NCBI RefSeq assembly: GCF_006345805.1
Contig: NC_043000.1
Location: 34,906,001 to 34,970,000, forward strand
Direction: 5' to 3'
Length of the DNA stretch: 64,000 nucleotides
DNA from: Octopus sinensis
Taxonomy: Eukaryota
This document shows, piece by piece, positions 37,481 through 51,598 of the stretch. Positions within the stretch are counted from its first letter, which is position 1, and each line of letters starts with the position of its first letter. The notes below the pieces were generated by a model that searched no databases, was not told the DNA's origin, and worked only from the letters and a program-made list of their open reading frames with translations. Made by a program: the position numbers and the translations under genes.

Positions 37481-40400
37481 GAGTAACTTGCAAGACAAAG
37501 AACCCTCAACTGTGAGGGGGAGAGTGGTATTGAGGGAGGGCGTCTCTGTGCCAGGGGATGAGGGCTCTAAACCTAAAGGACTCTCTACCTTTCTCTCCAA
37601 CTGCTGTCCCAGTTGGAGAGAAAGGGAGAAAGAGAGAGAAGATGGTGGTAATGTGTCAGGGTGTACTCTCAAGGTACAAGGATATATATATAGTCTAACC
37701 CACCGCAGCATGTAAAACAGGCATTAAATGATTTCATATATATATATATATATATAAACACACTATACTATACACTCACATCTACATACACCCATATATT
37801 CATATATATTCATGTGTGTGTGTATGCTTGTCTGCTCTGTTATTTGCTACATTTTCATGAATGTCAGTAGAGAGAAATTGCTTAAGCATATGAACAGCAG
37901 TTTTGTCTGAATCCAGTTTCTCTGTCTGTGTGTCCCAACAGATACTTATGAACAAGTCACAAATAACCAAAGCCTGTCAGTTTTATTATTTCTGACTTGT
38001 TCTTCCTATGTATCTGTTGGGACAAAAGAGTTAACTTTTTTTGTTTGTTACCATATTTCTCATGAATTACTGTGTCTGATATTTTGTTTTTTAATCGATC
38101 AAAGATTCAGGACATTTATTTTTGTATTAATGTTTGTTTAGAACATATGTTTGCAAAATGTTGTTTCATTAAAATCTGTTGGAAGCGTGTAATTGAAACT
38201 TAAACCCTTTAAAAGAGGTATTTTCTATGAAGGAATTGAAGCTGGTGTCTGGCAGGCTAGAATCAAGAATTCAAGATGCCATTCCATTTTTAACTGTAAA
38301 CTCAAGTCAGCTCTTCATGTTTCTGCTACTAAAATTGGAGAAACAAATATTTGGGAGAAAATCTCTTTTTAATTTTCTTGGTTGTAAATAAAAATGTCCA
38401 GTCAACATTCATTCAATATAAATATCATAAAGTAGTTTATATTGTTTATTATTATTTTGTTATTGGTGAAAAATGTATGATATATTTATTATTGAAGGAG
38501 GTCCTTCCTAATGGAACTGTTATGTTTGAGCCACACTACAATGAATGTTTCATCTACTTTTATATACATTTCTATGAAGAGAAATAAGGAATGGTTGAAA
38601 AGCCCTCGTACCGAAACAATGCAACTGATAGAAAAACAAAAATGTAAACCTTTCTATGGTCATCGTTTTCTTTGTAATCCATTCTCCTTTCTTCTTTGCT
38701 GTCTTCTTATCCATTCTGTTCCAGCCTGTCTTTGTTTCCTCTTCACCATTTATTAGAAACATTGACTCAGTACAAGAACTTCAGTTCGCCTTTTCTTACT
38801 GCTTAATCCCAATTCCCTTAGCTCTAGTTTCTTAGATTTTATTTCTTTTTTTACCATTTCTAAACTTCTTTTAAAAAGCCATTTTGATGGTATAACAGTG
38901 TTGGTTCTTTTTGTTTCTATTTCATGATAAATTTTGGTAGAATTAATTTCCTAATGATTATATATGAATGCACATTAACAATTCTATCACCTATTCATCA
39001 AGAACCTATCTACATCCAACAAAAGAAAACCTAGATATTAGGTTCCAACCACTGTGTCTACAGCTACATGTCTAACTCTTTGTAAACACCAGCATTTATT
39101 AATAACATACCAGGCACTTGTGAAGTACCTCCTAACTTCATTGGCTGATTAAGAAAATTTCAGTACAATCCAAGCCAAACATATCCCTAGTTGTTACTCT
39201 CCACAGATTCAATATTTCTCTTTTGATTTACAATAGAATGTTATTAAATCTTGAGGAACAAATGCCTATTTTTCACTGATAGAATTCATTTTGCCTACAA
39301 CCATTGAATCATCTTTTGAACCTGTGGGTATATCAACATGGCTTGGTCATGAAACCTGATGAAATCTACTCAAATAGTCAAACTTCATCCCATTCCACTA
39401 AAATCTACAAAATTTTTGATTTGTTTCCAAATGTTCAATCAATGACTTCTTTTACATACAACAGATAACCCATCTTTTCTTTATTAATTTAGAAAGAGTT
39501 TACCATTAAAAAAAAATTGTGTGAATCAATACATTTATTATTTTATATTTATCTTAAATCTAAGAATTGTAACTGTTTTCACTTAACTTGGATAAAACAA
39601 TTAAATAAACTAAGCTTACATTGAGATACAATCCAAGTCCTTCTCTATAAATAAACTATCGAAAGATGAATGTGTTGCATCTAAAGTGGTAACACAGTGT
39701 CATAGATTTAAAACCATGACTTGTTACTTCCAATCTAAGATCTTGGCATATTTTTGCTTCGTGCTTCCCTAAGTTACTTCAAGTGACTTCAAGGAATAAT
39801 CCTTCTCTCTCTGTTGTTGCTACGACCCAACGTTTCTTGTATGTTCTTTCCTTCTACAGTATTTTTCTAAATTGCTGCACCCAAATTGTTTGTTGTGTAT
39901 AAATATTGGAACATTTAAACCTGAAGGCAATGAAGTCTTTGCCTAGCTGAATAGAGGTGTGCGTGTGCATGCATGTGTACATGTGTGTGTAAGAGAGAAC
40001 GATAGGTGAATGTGAGGGGTAAAAGAAGAAAATGTTTAGAGCATTGTATGTTTGTGTGTTAGAGACAAAAAGAGTGAGTGTAACAGAGAGGGGGGGGGGG
40101 GCAAAGAGGGAGAGTGTATGTGTGTGTGTGTGGTAATGCATGTTGGAATGAGAAAAAGAGGAAATTCTGTAAGAAAGTATGTTTGAAATCCTGCAATTCT
40201 GTTCTCATCAGGAACAGTGTTCATGTATCATGAAACTTTGTGTTGTGAGATAAAGTAGCAGTGAAAGGTTTGTTTAGTTCTACTCTGACTTCCGTATACA
40301 ATATGTTATTAGTCCTTACATCAATTCTTTTATATAGTAAATTATACTAAGAACCAGCATTATCTTGGTTGTTGTTTGTTTACAAATGTTACTGGCCAGA

Positions 40401-40619
40401 CTCCAAACAGTTGCCTTAACAACAGACAAACCTTAAAAGAATTCCTATCCAAAGAAAATAAATTTATAGGAATTTTTAACAGTGAAGACAATATGTAAAT
40501 TCATGCTTGTAAATATTTTCTTTTTATATATTCATAATTCAATTTTAATTCATTTAGATAAGAAAATTGATTGATATATGATACAATATGGTGTTTGTAT
40601 GTATGTATGTATCTATATA

Positions 40620-41110
40620 TATGCACAATTGGGCCCTTTCCCCATTTCCTCCCCAAGACACCCCTTCCAACCATCATTGCTCTACTTGCAGCTTTTCCCT
40701 GATACCATAAGCTTTCTTATCATAAGGAGCCATTGCATGTCATATCCATCTCCACCCACATTTTCCATTGATCACTTCCCTTTTCTGAGCCTCCACATTA
40801 TCTTTCCTTCTCCACCACCCCACCTTTCTCACTCTATCCATGCACCATGTATGTCACCCTCATATGTCATTGGCCTCCTCCATACCTTACCCACAGATAC
40901 ACCCCTCAACATACTCTACCTTCACTATGTACCATCTCTGAACACTTGTTCTTTCATTATAGTCATCTCCTCACCCATTGTCCACCCCTTCCCCACGTTC
41001 TTGCAATCTCTCTCTGCCCATACTCACTTCTGCTCACCTTATATCTTGAAAGTCCACCCAGACACCTCATCACCTCTATTTTTTATCTCTTCCTAATTTC
41101 ACCCCAATCA
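40620..41110 (+). repeat. Pyrimidine-rich interspersed repeat (same family as 35735-36230)
   Basis: Shared start and end motifs. ORFs 40578..41096 and 40847..41212 are compositional. Confidence 0.45.
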
Positions 41111-41359
41111 CCCCTACCTTCACTTTTAAAAAGTAAAGTGCAGTGGAATGTAGCATGTCCACCAAAGTTACACTGTTCCCGATTTGGGCCATACAGAATA
41201 TATCAGGGCTAAAGAAGTATTACCTGATGTCAGCCATAATAGGAACATTAAAAGCAACTCTACAAAGCAAAGTAATGTATTTCCTTTCACAAATCAAATA
41301 GCTACAAATGATATAAAAATATCCACATCCACTTGATAAAATATATGTAACAATGCACA

Positions 41360-41750
41360 GGCATAGCTGTGTGGTAAGAAGCTTACTTCCCAACCACATG
41401 GTTCCGGGTTCAGTCCCACTGCATGGAACCTTCGGCAAGTATCTTCTATAACCTCAGGCAGACCAAAGCCTTGCAAGTGGATTTCGTAGGCAGAAACTGG
41501 AAGAAGCCCGTCTTATATGTATTTATGTGTGTGTGTGTGTGTGTCTTTGTGTCCGTGTTTGTCCCTCCACCATCGCTTGACAACTGATGGTGGCATGTTT
41601 ATGTTCCTGTAACTTAGCAGTTCGGCAAAAGAGACCGATAGAATAAGTACCAGGCTCATAAAGAATAAGTCCTGGGGTTGATTTCTTTAACTAAAACCCT
41701 TTAAGGTGGTGATCCAGCATAGCTGCAGTCAAATGACTGAAACATGTAAA
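41360..41750 (+). mobile_element. SINE family A, near full length
   Basis: Colinear with 3856-4230 throughout. Confidence 0.85.
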
Positions 41751-42972
41751 AGAGTAACAATACATGGATATCAACAGAAAAGAAACAACATTTTAACTCC
41801 ATCTTACAGGACGTCTCTGGCTTCTGCTTAATCAACAATCTCTTTTGTTGGAATTGAGTTTAGTATTGTATATTCAGAACTGTGTGGGGATAGGATGGTT
41901 TTGGTTTCTGGATCATGTCTTTATTCAACAGAGACCTTTCCCATAAATTCATTCCACAGAGAGCCTCAATTTCTATGTCAATCAGAGCATGCACACATGT
42001 GTGTGTGCACTTGCGCGCACACACACATACACACACAGAGTTAGTCACTCTTGGATAATTTTTACATATTTCTACTAATTCTAAATTTGCTACTTGAAGT
42101 GGACTGAATGAAAAAAAAATACCAGCACCTCTTGACCAAGTGACCTTATTGTCTGAGAAGAAAGCTCTCTCTCTCTTTCTCTCCTCTCTGAAATGAATGA
42201 ATGCCTCAATTATGTAGGTGTAAATGGCTGTCCTTCCTGCCTTCAAAAAACATCTCTATCTCCCCACCATCATCATCATCATCATCATGATACTGTTACA
42301 CCATCCCACAAGGTGGCAGCAACCTATACAAATTTAGGTTATTGATCTTCACTCTTATTCAATAACATCTCCTCTTTTCGTTTGGCTTCAGTTTTCATCT
42401 TTATAACTGTACTTATGTAGTTTGTTACTGCTCAATATTTTAGACTTATTAAACATACAACTTCTTTTCTTTTCCCATTCTCTTCACTTTCTTCTCTTTC
42501 ACTTTCAGTTTTTTATATTTCCCAACATCTCTCTCTCTCTCTTCCTTCTGCCTTCTCTTTTAGTTATTCTGTTTTTCCTTTCTTCCCTCCACAGTTATTT
42601 ACTCTGTATACTTCTGTATTCCCTATTCCATCCTTCATACATTATAACTTTACTTTTTTTTCTTTAACCGCTCTCTCTCACACACATACACACACATATA
42701 TCTACATATAAATACATATGTGTGTATGTGGGGCAGTTTTAAATATAGACTGACCTGATTCCCACAAATGGCTACTTACTGAATTCATTCTTTAGATCCA
42801 TTAATTAATTAATTTCATTTTCTCTATCATTTATTCATATTTTCTTTTGCTTTGTTCTCCTCTTATTTCACATTCTACTATATCTATAACAGGGCTATAT
42901 TTCAGTATAATTATGTATTGTGGTAAATATGTATGTGAGCATATTTGCACACATACCCATGTGTGTGTTTAA

Positions 42973-43041
<69 letters not shown>

Positions 43042-44659
43042 TGTATCTATGCGTACATGCATTAGTGCATTGCTAAATTTAAAATATATTGTGTACATTT
43101 GTGGTGTATACATGTATCTGCACATACACACACTCACAGATAGTTAGTAACAGGCACACACGTGCTTGTATATCTATCTACCAACATGCTTTCATATATT
43201 CACTCATATAAATACACACACATGCCAGCAACCACTAAAGAAATGTTACTGAGCTATTTGTGTGTGTGTGTGTAAAGATGACTGTGGAACAAAAGTGAAA
43301 AAACAAGACTGAACACTGTCAATGCATCTATGTGTGCAGCTGTTCGCATCCCCTCTGTCTTGCTGCCTAGTTTATTAGCAGTTTAAATGAAAAATAACTC
43401 AAAGAAGAATTTGACAGAATTTACCTTTAAGTATTCTGATTTTCAATTTCTGTTCCTGAAATAAAATACAACCTGATATTACCTGATACAACCTGATATT
43501 CATTGCAGCCATGAGTTGGTGCAAATTGTTATTTATTGAAAACAAACTTAACTAAAAATTTTTAATGTTTGTGTCCTTTCTGTGGTTTGGGGTCGATTTG
43601 TTTGGCTAAAACTCTTCAAGGCAGTGTTTCTAGCATGGCCACAGTCAAATGAATGAAACAAATAAAAGAATAAAGGAAAAGATATTTTGGTTTAAAATTG
43701 TTTTAGCTTTTACAGATTTTGTTTCAACATTTTACATTTTTTAAAAAAGTTTATTAAATTTAATTCCGGCGTTTGTTTTAAAAGAACGTAGAAAATATAA
43801 TGTGCTGAACTTGACTTAAGAATAAATATTTATAATGATTTTAATTAAATATCTTTCACAATTTAAAAATTTTTATTTTTTAAAATTTAAAGAAAGAGGA
43901 TTCTGTTAATTAATACTTATTACTTAATACCATTCATGAAACTTGAGTTGTGTTTGGAACTGCTACAAGGCTTACATAACTACTGAAAATGCTAATTAAT
44001 GAGTGTCTTAATCATTGTTCAGTCCCTAAAGTTTTGCTGTTGCTGCTGATAGTTTTGTGAATTATAATGAGTCTGGTGTGAAAGAATTTAATTCATACAA
44101 ACATTTAACAACTAAGGCTGTTGTATTCCAGTCAAGGTAGGGGACTCTGTCAGCACCTGAACAAAAATGTCAGAAGTGGTCACCTCTAGATGTAACAAGA
44201 TCCAGACTCCAGTTTTAGAATGGACAATTTAATTAAAAAAAAGCAAAAAAAAAAAACAATAATATTTTCTACTGTTGGCTTAAGGCCTGAAATTTTAGAT
44301 TATATTGACCACTTAACTGGTACCATTTTCTCGACCCCAGAAGGCTGAAAGACAGTCAACTTTTGTGCAATCTGAACTCAAGACTATTTTTAACTTACGT
44401 TAAAAGAAGACCCATCAAGCCAAGGAAAAATCGCAGTCATGGCAGATACTGGTGTCACGCAAATGGCACCCGTGCAAGTGGCACGTAAAAACACAGGTTA
44501 CACTCTTGGAGTGGGTGGCATTAGGAAGGGCTGTAGGAAACCATGTCAAATCAGACTGGAGTCTAGTGCAGCCTTCCAGCTTACCAGCCCTGGTCAAACT
44601 GTCCAACCCATACCAGCATGGACAACGGACGTTAAATGATGATGATGATGATGAATGTA

Positions 44660-44734
44660 AAGATGGACGAAATGTTGCTAAGCATTTTTCTTAGTATGCT
44701 AGTGATTATGCCAGTTCACTACTTTAATAATGAC

Positions 44735-44765
<31 letters not shown>

Positions 44766-45000
44766 TCTTTCTACTACTAGCACAATGCCCAAAATTTTGT
44801 GGAAAGGGACTAGTTGATTACATCAATCCCAGTGTTTTTGCTGGTACTTAATTTATTAACCCCAAAAGGATGAAAAGCAAAGACAAACTTGGTGGAATTT
44901 GAACTCAAAATATAAAGACAGACGAAATGCTGCCAAGTATTTTATCTGGCATGATAACGATTCTACCATCTTGCCACCATAAAATAATAACAACAACAAC
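44660..45000 (-). mobile_element. SINE family B pieces in (AAT/GAT)n
   Basis: ctggtacttaatttatt..ccc.aaaggatgaaaagcaaag...atttgaactca is the reverse complement of the family B body. Confidence 0.75.
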
Positions 45001-46044
45001 AACGATAATGATGATGATGATGATAATTTAATTTACATTCTAAAAATGAAGACAAATCAAATCCAGTTTTAAGCTAAATATTTAGTAATCAGTGACTGTT
45101 TTCATGAAGTCCCATAAACCTACCCTTATTTGTGCTTCTCTGTGATTTTTTGTCTGTGTGGATTTCTTGTTTAAAAATTTGCTGATATTTACAACCTCTC
45201 TGATGTTTTGAACTGTATAATCAGAATTTGAATTTATAGTCTTAAATTTCTCATGAGATATTAACTCTACTTTCCTTTTTACATGTTATGAATTAATCTC
45301 TGTGTGTGTGTATGTGTGTGTTACATGTATGTGGAAGGCAGTGGGAGGATTTATGGTGTTCACAAATAACTGCTAGATATAGAAGTAATCTTTTTTTTTA
45401 TTGCTTGATGGTTGTGCTAATAGTTAAGGTGAAGTGTAGGGGTGAATGGTGTGAATGAGTGTTTTCCTGTCATCAAAGTGAATGACAGATTTGTAATTCT
45501 GACATTTCACACCAAATCCTAGACCAACATGACACACACACACTCACTCTGGCTGTCTGTCTCTTTCTCCTCCTCCTTCTCCATTTTGATGAAATATAAT
45601 GAAATCTAGGTTGCCCTTGTATACAGGAATTAATGTGGAGTATTAAAAGTAAATGAAATATTATACAGAAATATAGGTGAACTTGCTTGTTTATTATCTG
45701 TGTATATATTTGTACTGGAGTGTGTATAATTGTTCCTGCTTTTGAGGTTCCTGGAACTGAGCAGATAATGTGACCCTAGGTATATAAGATTGTATTACTA
45801 TGGGGCTTCCGGTCAACCTTCATCAGGCGTAATCTGTATCATCATGACTTTATTGTTGCTACAATTTTAACTTGTACAGTATATAATACAGGATTGGTTA
45901 ACCAAAAAAATGGTAGTTCCATGTGCATTTTCCCTGTTGCTATTATGGCTTGCAGACTTTTCTGTACTTATAAAGTCTGTCTGTCTTGTTTTTCTCTCCT
46001 CATTAATTCTGTTATTGGAAAAAAACAAAAGAAAAAATTTCAGT

Positions 46045-47329
46045 TCTTTTCAATTTGCTGGCCAGATTTTTTAATTAATTATTTTATTTAACTAGACGCT
46101 ATGAAACTTCAGATACTGGTAGAATGTGTCACATAGAACAGGGTTTACTCTTAACATTTTTGACAAAATTTTGTATTTTAGAAATTATTTCATGTTAAAG
46201 TTGTTGTATTTGGGTAATTTTAACCAATCAATGACATGCATTCAGAATACAGAATAGAAAAACCTCTCTCCTGTGATATACATGTAGAGTCCATTATGTC
46301 TGGGAAGAAAGACGGAATGGTCACAGTTGGGACGTCTTTGATCATATCTGTTTAATCAGATCCAATTTGGGACTAAATGACAAGTGACAAAGGGAATGAG
46401 ACAAGGTAACGAGAGAGCCTTTACCTAGTCGCTTGAGTTGCTAGAAAGAGCAACCAAATCTTTCTGACAAAAGAAAAATGAAATTTCTGTCTTCAAGGGG
46501 AAAAAAAATGCAAGTTTATATTATTTTATAGTGTTTGCTTAGAAATTCATTACCTCTAGAAAAGAATACAAAACGGTTATGGCTGGAATGCCTTTTCTCA
46601 CATCCATTACAATCAGAGCTATCCTGTGGTTAAAACAATATTCTTCACTAAATGATGAAGCAGCTAAAGTTAAAGAAAAGTTGAAAGAATAAAAGATAGC
46701 AAGAATCCATATTCCAAATATTGGAATTCCCTTGACTAGTGTAATTTATTCAGATTTTTGTATGAAATAAATAGAAAATGTTATGGGGACTTGGTACATA
46801 TTATAGCTATTATCCACAGATTTTTTAATTAATATTTTTTTAATGAAACAGTTCGAAACTTCAGATACTGGTTGAATGTGTCAGAGGTTTTTCTATTCCT
46901 TACGTAAAAAGAGTTTGGCTACTTTTTCTAGCAGGTCATGCAACCACATACAGGCTCCGTCGTTGGTCTGTTTCATTAATAATTTTGTTGTTATTTAGTC
47001 TCAAATCAACCCTGATACAGCAAACCTGTGTTGCTATAAAAACATCTCTGGTTATTATTAAAGAAGGGTTTTGTTAGGGGAGTGGACCCAGAAGTTGTTG
47101 TTCGCAAACAGCAGCAGTAATTTTCTTCAGCTGACTACACTTTGTTGATTGGTTAAAATTACCCAAATACAACAACTTTTACATGAAATAACTTCTAAAA
47201 TACAAAATTTAGTCAAAGCTTTTAAGAGTAAACCCAGTTCTATGTGACACATTCTACCAGTATCTGAAGTTTCATAGTGTTTTGTTAAAAAAATATAATC
47301 AAAAAAATCTGGCCATCAAATTGAAAAGA
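46045..47329. mobile_element. Element bounded by ~185-bp inverted repeats (46045-46231 and 47145-47329)
   Basis: tcttttcaatttgctggccagatttt...gaaacttcagatactggtagaatgtgtcacatagaac...ttaaccaatcaa pairs with the right arm; a third partial direct copy lies at 46817-46882. Confidence 0.75.
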
Positions 47330-47654
47330 TCAGCATCTTGATTCCTTGAGGAATAATGCCACATCTTTAACTGAATTGTATTTTTTCCTTCTCACCAATT
47401 CCTTTTATTTCTTACGAAAGAAAGACAAATTTTCTGTGAGCTTAAGATGCCAGGCAATGTGGTTGCTCAACATGCTAGAGAAAATATCCCTGTAGAATCT
47501 CCCTCTAATGACTCTCCAACTCTCTGTTACAAATCACAAAATACTCTTGTTGGCTTTTTGAGTTAGGATTGACAAAGAATTTAGTCCTTTTGATAACAAC
47601 TTACCTGACACAGCTCTTGAGCCTGTGACACAAACTTGCTGTTTTAAAGTGATT

Positions 47655-47922
47655 CAACTCTTTTGCATTTAAACTGATCACATCCAACCCAAATAGTCTA
47701 CCTGTTCTATGTTTAAACTGGCCAGATACAGCCTCTCGCACCTATCCTGCAATGTCATTCTCAAGGTGAAGCTGCAAGATAAATACCTAATTAATTCAAA
47801 ACATTATGAATAAATAAGTATTTCATTTGACAGAGTAATCTAAATGCTAATTCAGAATCTTCCATCAAACTTTATATTCTCATTTCCTAAACACCGGAGA
47901 AATTTGGTAATGAAAGGGTTAA
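47655..47922 (-). mobile_element. piggyBac-like MITE family copy (rearranged)
   Basis: Shares gtttaaactggccag...cattacatttgacagagtaatct-like sequence with 21340-21527; aaagggTTAA at about 47915-47922. Confidence 0.5.
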
Positions 47923-49069
47923 ACATCTACACATTTGGCATTTTATGTATTTACAGAGTGAATAGTTTTTGTCTGAGTCTGATTGGAAACTGGATCATCC
48001 TCTAAGTGACTATTAAACCATTAATGACCAAAGGGATATTACTGTCATAGTAGAACAGAGGTAAAGGAAGGAAGACCAAAGATTTTTAGGGATCAGGTTC
48101 AGAAAACATTTCCTTATTTATTCTTGTTTTCACCATGTTCCATCTTCAATGTATGTCTGATATGAAATGGCCTCTACCTGCTCATGCCATTTCCACCAAA
48201 TGTCCTTCATATCATACCTACGCTTTTGGAAAATAAAAAGCTTAGTTATATTGGGCACGCTAATCCTTCATACACTGGAAAAAAGATTGCATAGTCACAA
48301 TGGGATATAGTAAAGTTGTGATGGTCATTGTTGGAATATCTTTGATTGGGACCCTGCTTAGACCTGGTTAAGGGATATCTGAATGTTCATATGCAAAGAA
48401 AAGTAAGTATATTCCTAAAGTGTGTGTGTGTGTGTGTGTGTGCACATGCATATATGTGTTATATTTTTTCTAGCACACTAGCACAGTCCTCTTGTTAAAT
48501 TGTTTAAATGGAATTTTGTTGACCTTAATGGGTTAAATGGAATTTTGTCAACTTGTCCTGAGCTGGACTTGGCAATCGTTAAAACCAATCATTCCAGTTG
48601 GTATCTCTTTTCCTCAGTACCATCGTGTTTAAGTTTAATATGAATGAAACCCTAATTACAAAATTACTTGTTCTCCCTTTCCTATGCTTATATTAACTGG
48701 ATTAGTTTAATTAGTCTGTTACTCTTTACTTCAAATTTCATTTTGTATTCTGTTCATTTTTGTTTGCCTGAAAGCTTGAATATTTAATGACTATTTCTAA
48801 CGAGCTGGTTGAAAAACTAATAATTCTTTCAAACTTGTATTTGAAATCTTAGTCCATTTCCAAGAACTGACTCTCTGTTGCTGTATTAATCTAATTTTAT
48901 TGATTTTCGAGTGAATTGTTTCACACAATTGAACTTTGATATGAAATATTTAAAAAAATTTTTTGTTATTCTATTAGACTTTAAAAAATTTTTTTTTTTA
49001 CTAAAGTTAGAGATTATGACAATATATTCCTTTCTACTATAGGCACACTGCTTAAAATTTTTGGGGAAG

Positions 49070-49400
49070 GAGTAAGTCAGTTATATCGACCTCCACAAAA
49101 AGATGAAAGGCAAAATTGACCCCAGCAGCATTTGAACTCAGAATGTGAAGACACATGAAATACCCATTTCTTTACTGCCCACAAGGGGCTACACACAGAG
49201 GGGGCAAACAAGGACAAGCAAATGGGTTAAGTCGATTATATCAACCCCAGTGCGTAACTGGTACTTATTTAATTGACCCCGAAAGGATGAAAGGCAAAGT
49301 TGACCTCGGTAGAATTTGAACTCAGAACGTGGTGGCAGATGAAATACTGCTAAGCATTTCGCCCGGTGTACTAACGTTTGACCACACTGCTACCATAATG
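49070..49400 (-). mobile_element. SINE family B, near full length, plus a partial copy
   Basis: Reverse complement of 11716-11930 and of the 3' end at 33652-33742. Confidence 0.85.
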
Positions 49401-49469
49401 ATAGCAGTTGTTTCTTCTTTTTCTTCTGCTGCTGCTGCTGCTACTACTACTACTACTACTACTACTTGT

Positions 49470-49760
49470 CCATGGCAGTGACATTGACTTGGATTCAAGT
49501 AGTAGATCTGTTGTAAGTGATTGAGCCTGTTCATCTTGATGGGTGCAAAAGGTGCCAGTGCTTGAGATGGCTGTTCAGGCCAAGGGCAGTATAGAAGAGC
49601 TAGGAGTTGGTGGGGGACACTGTTCCATGGACTGAAAATACCTGGGTGACAATCACGAAGAACTGCTCAAAGTGGCGACATAGCATCGTTAAGGAAACAG
49701 ACTTAGTGGAAAATTAGACATCATGAGGCAGAAATCAGACATTGAAGACACAAAGAGTGA
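49470..49760 (+). mobile_element. RTE-like LINE 3' fragment between (CTA)n tracts
   Basis: ENTWVTITKNCSKWRHSIVKE resembles the W..LA.DR..WR motif; (CTA)n on both sides. Confidence 0.35.
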
Positions 49761-50324
49761 CTACTACTACTACTACTTGTTATATAATCACTTTCGATCT
49801 CACTCTGAAAGAATTGTTTAATTGATTTATAAAAAGTTGTTTGAGACATAGAAATTACAGTAACCTAAAATATTTTAAAATGGGCCAAAAACCGAACAAA
49901 CCCAGAATCATATGATGCTTAGGTGGTCTGTGTAGACAAATCTTGGATTTATTGGTTATAGGTGCCTTAGGTTTCTGTGGTGTTAAGAGAAAAGTTTTTG
50001 ATGTTTTGGACAAAATCTTTCTTTGGTGGAAGAACTTAGACAGGGAACTTAAGCCAAATGATTATGACAGAGTGGAGTGTGATTATGAGTGAAGGAGATT
50101 TAAAGCAGTCAGCAGATGATAATTGCTATGTAAAACTGTGTGATGAATGAAGTCTGTGAAACTAAAAAAAAAAAGAAAGAAAGAAAGAAAAGACTTTCTC
50201 ACTCTTTGAAGAAAGAAGTTATGTGAAATGCTGGAAACTTCTTTTCAGATGTGTGTATAAAAATGTGCATACACCTATATGTATTTGTATTCATACATAT
50301 ATATGCATACATATTTATATGTGA

Positions 50325-50580
50325 AGGTCATTGTCCTAGTAGTTAGGGTTTGCACTGATGATCGCTAGCTTGTGGGTTCAAATCCTGGACTGAGTGACGC
50401 ATTGTGTTCTTGAGTAAATGCACTTTATTTTATGTTGCTCCAGTCGACACTTCCCGTCAAGGAGATTGTTGGCTTTCTTATGTAGCCAGTGGGATGGTAT
50501 GATTCGAAAGCTAAACCAATGCAAAGCACATTGTGATCAGCAATGTATGACAACATCTGATAGTCTGATCAATCACATGA
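50325..50580 (+). mobile_element. tRNA-derived SINE (family D)
   Basis: Head gtcctagtagttagg...gggttcaaatcc (A/B boxes), then gtgttcttgagtaa; body unlike families A and B. Confidence 0.6.
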
Positions 50581-50619
50581 TTACATGATATATATGTATT
50601 TTTATGTTTATATAATCCT

Positions 50620-50662
<43 letters not shown>

Positions 50663-51379
50663 GGCTGATCATTAGTAAGGAAAGACACACACACAAAAAA
50701 GCAAAAAGCAAAGGACCAGTGATGAGGTCATAAGTGTGATGAAAGAACTCTGACTGAAATATGATTAACATAGAATAAAGCTGAAGCAATTACACACCAA
50801 ATATATAGTGTGTGTGTTTTTATTGGCTAAACTGGCAACATGACCATCCCCAAATACAACAATATATAAATATCTTTATTTGTATATACGTAAATATATG
50901 TACACACATCATCCATCATCATCATCATATGGGTTGGATGGTCTTGAAGGAATTCAACTGGTCGGAAAACTATGTTGAGCTCCAATGTTTTCTTTCTGGC
51001 ATGATTTCTATGGCCCGATGCACTTCCTAAAGCCTAAAAATATAGATGTGTGTGTGTGTGTGGATTTATGCATATATGTACAGTATTTACATTTGTAAAA
51101 TAAGAAGTGTATGTCAATGAAACTGAAGTTTTGTTAAGTCTTATATCCGATTTGCAGCAATATTTCTGGTAAAATAATCTCTCCATGTGTTTAGTCAGCA
51201 ACAAGGAAGGATTTAGTAAAATATTTGAGCTTTTCAGTTGTGTTTAAAACAGAAATTAACGAGAAGACCTTTAACTGAAACTATAATTGATGACTTACAA
51301 ACACTTCAAGACTTGGTTGTTTTGTTCTATAGGAGACAGTTTCAAGCAACTACCACAGAATTCAAAGTTCACACATTAA

Positions 51380-51598
51380 CCCTTTAGCGTTCAAGTTTCT
51401 CTGCCAAATGTTAAGCTTATTTTTTCATTTTGTTTTCAATTAATCAAGCACTATCTCGTAGCTTTGAGATTTTGATGATGTGAAAGTTTATTTTTACAGT
51501 GACATTATAGGGTAGGTGTGACATAACCTGATCAGGCCAGTTTCAGTATAAAACAGAATATTTTGGCTGGGTATGGCTAGTTTAAACATTATAAAGGT
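51380..51598 (+). mobile_element. piggyBac-like MITE
   Basis: TTAA|CCCTTTAGCGTTCAA ... TTTAAACATTATAAAGGT|TTAA: CCC start, imperfect TIR and TTAA flanks. Confidence 0.65.

Noticed and set aside
38500-38587. EVLPNGTVMF, like Ig/Dscam LPNGTL motifs
   Set aside because: The following sequence lacks Ig cysteine/tryptophan spacing and hits a stop.
48287-48300. TTGCATAGTCACAA, matching the start of miR-153
   Set aside because: The match stops after 14 nt, no hairpin partner is visible, and it lies in repeat-like sequence.
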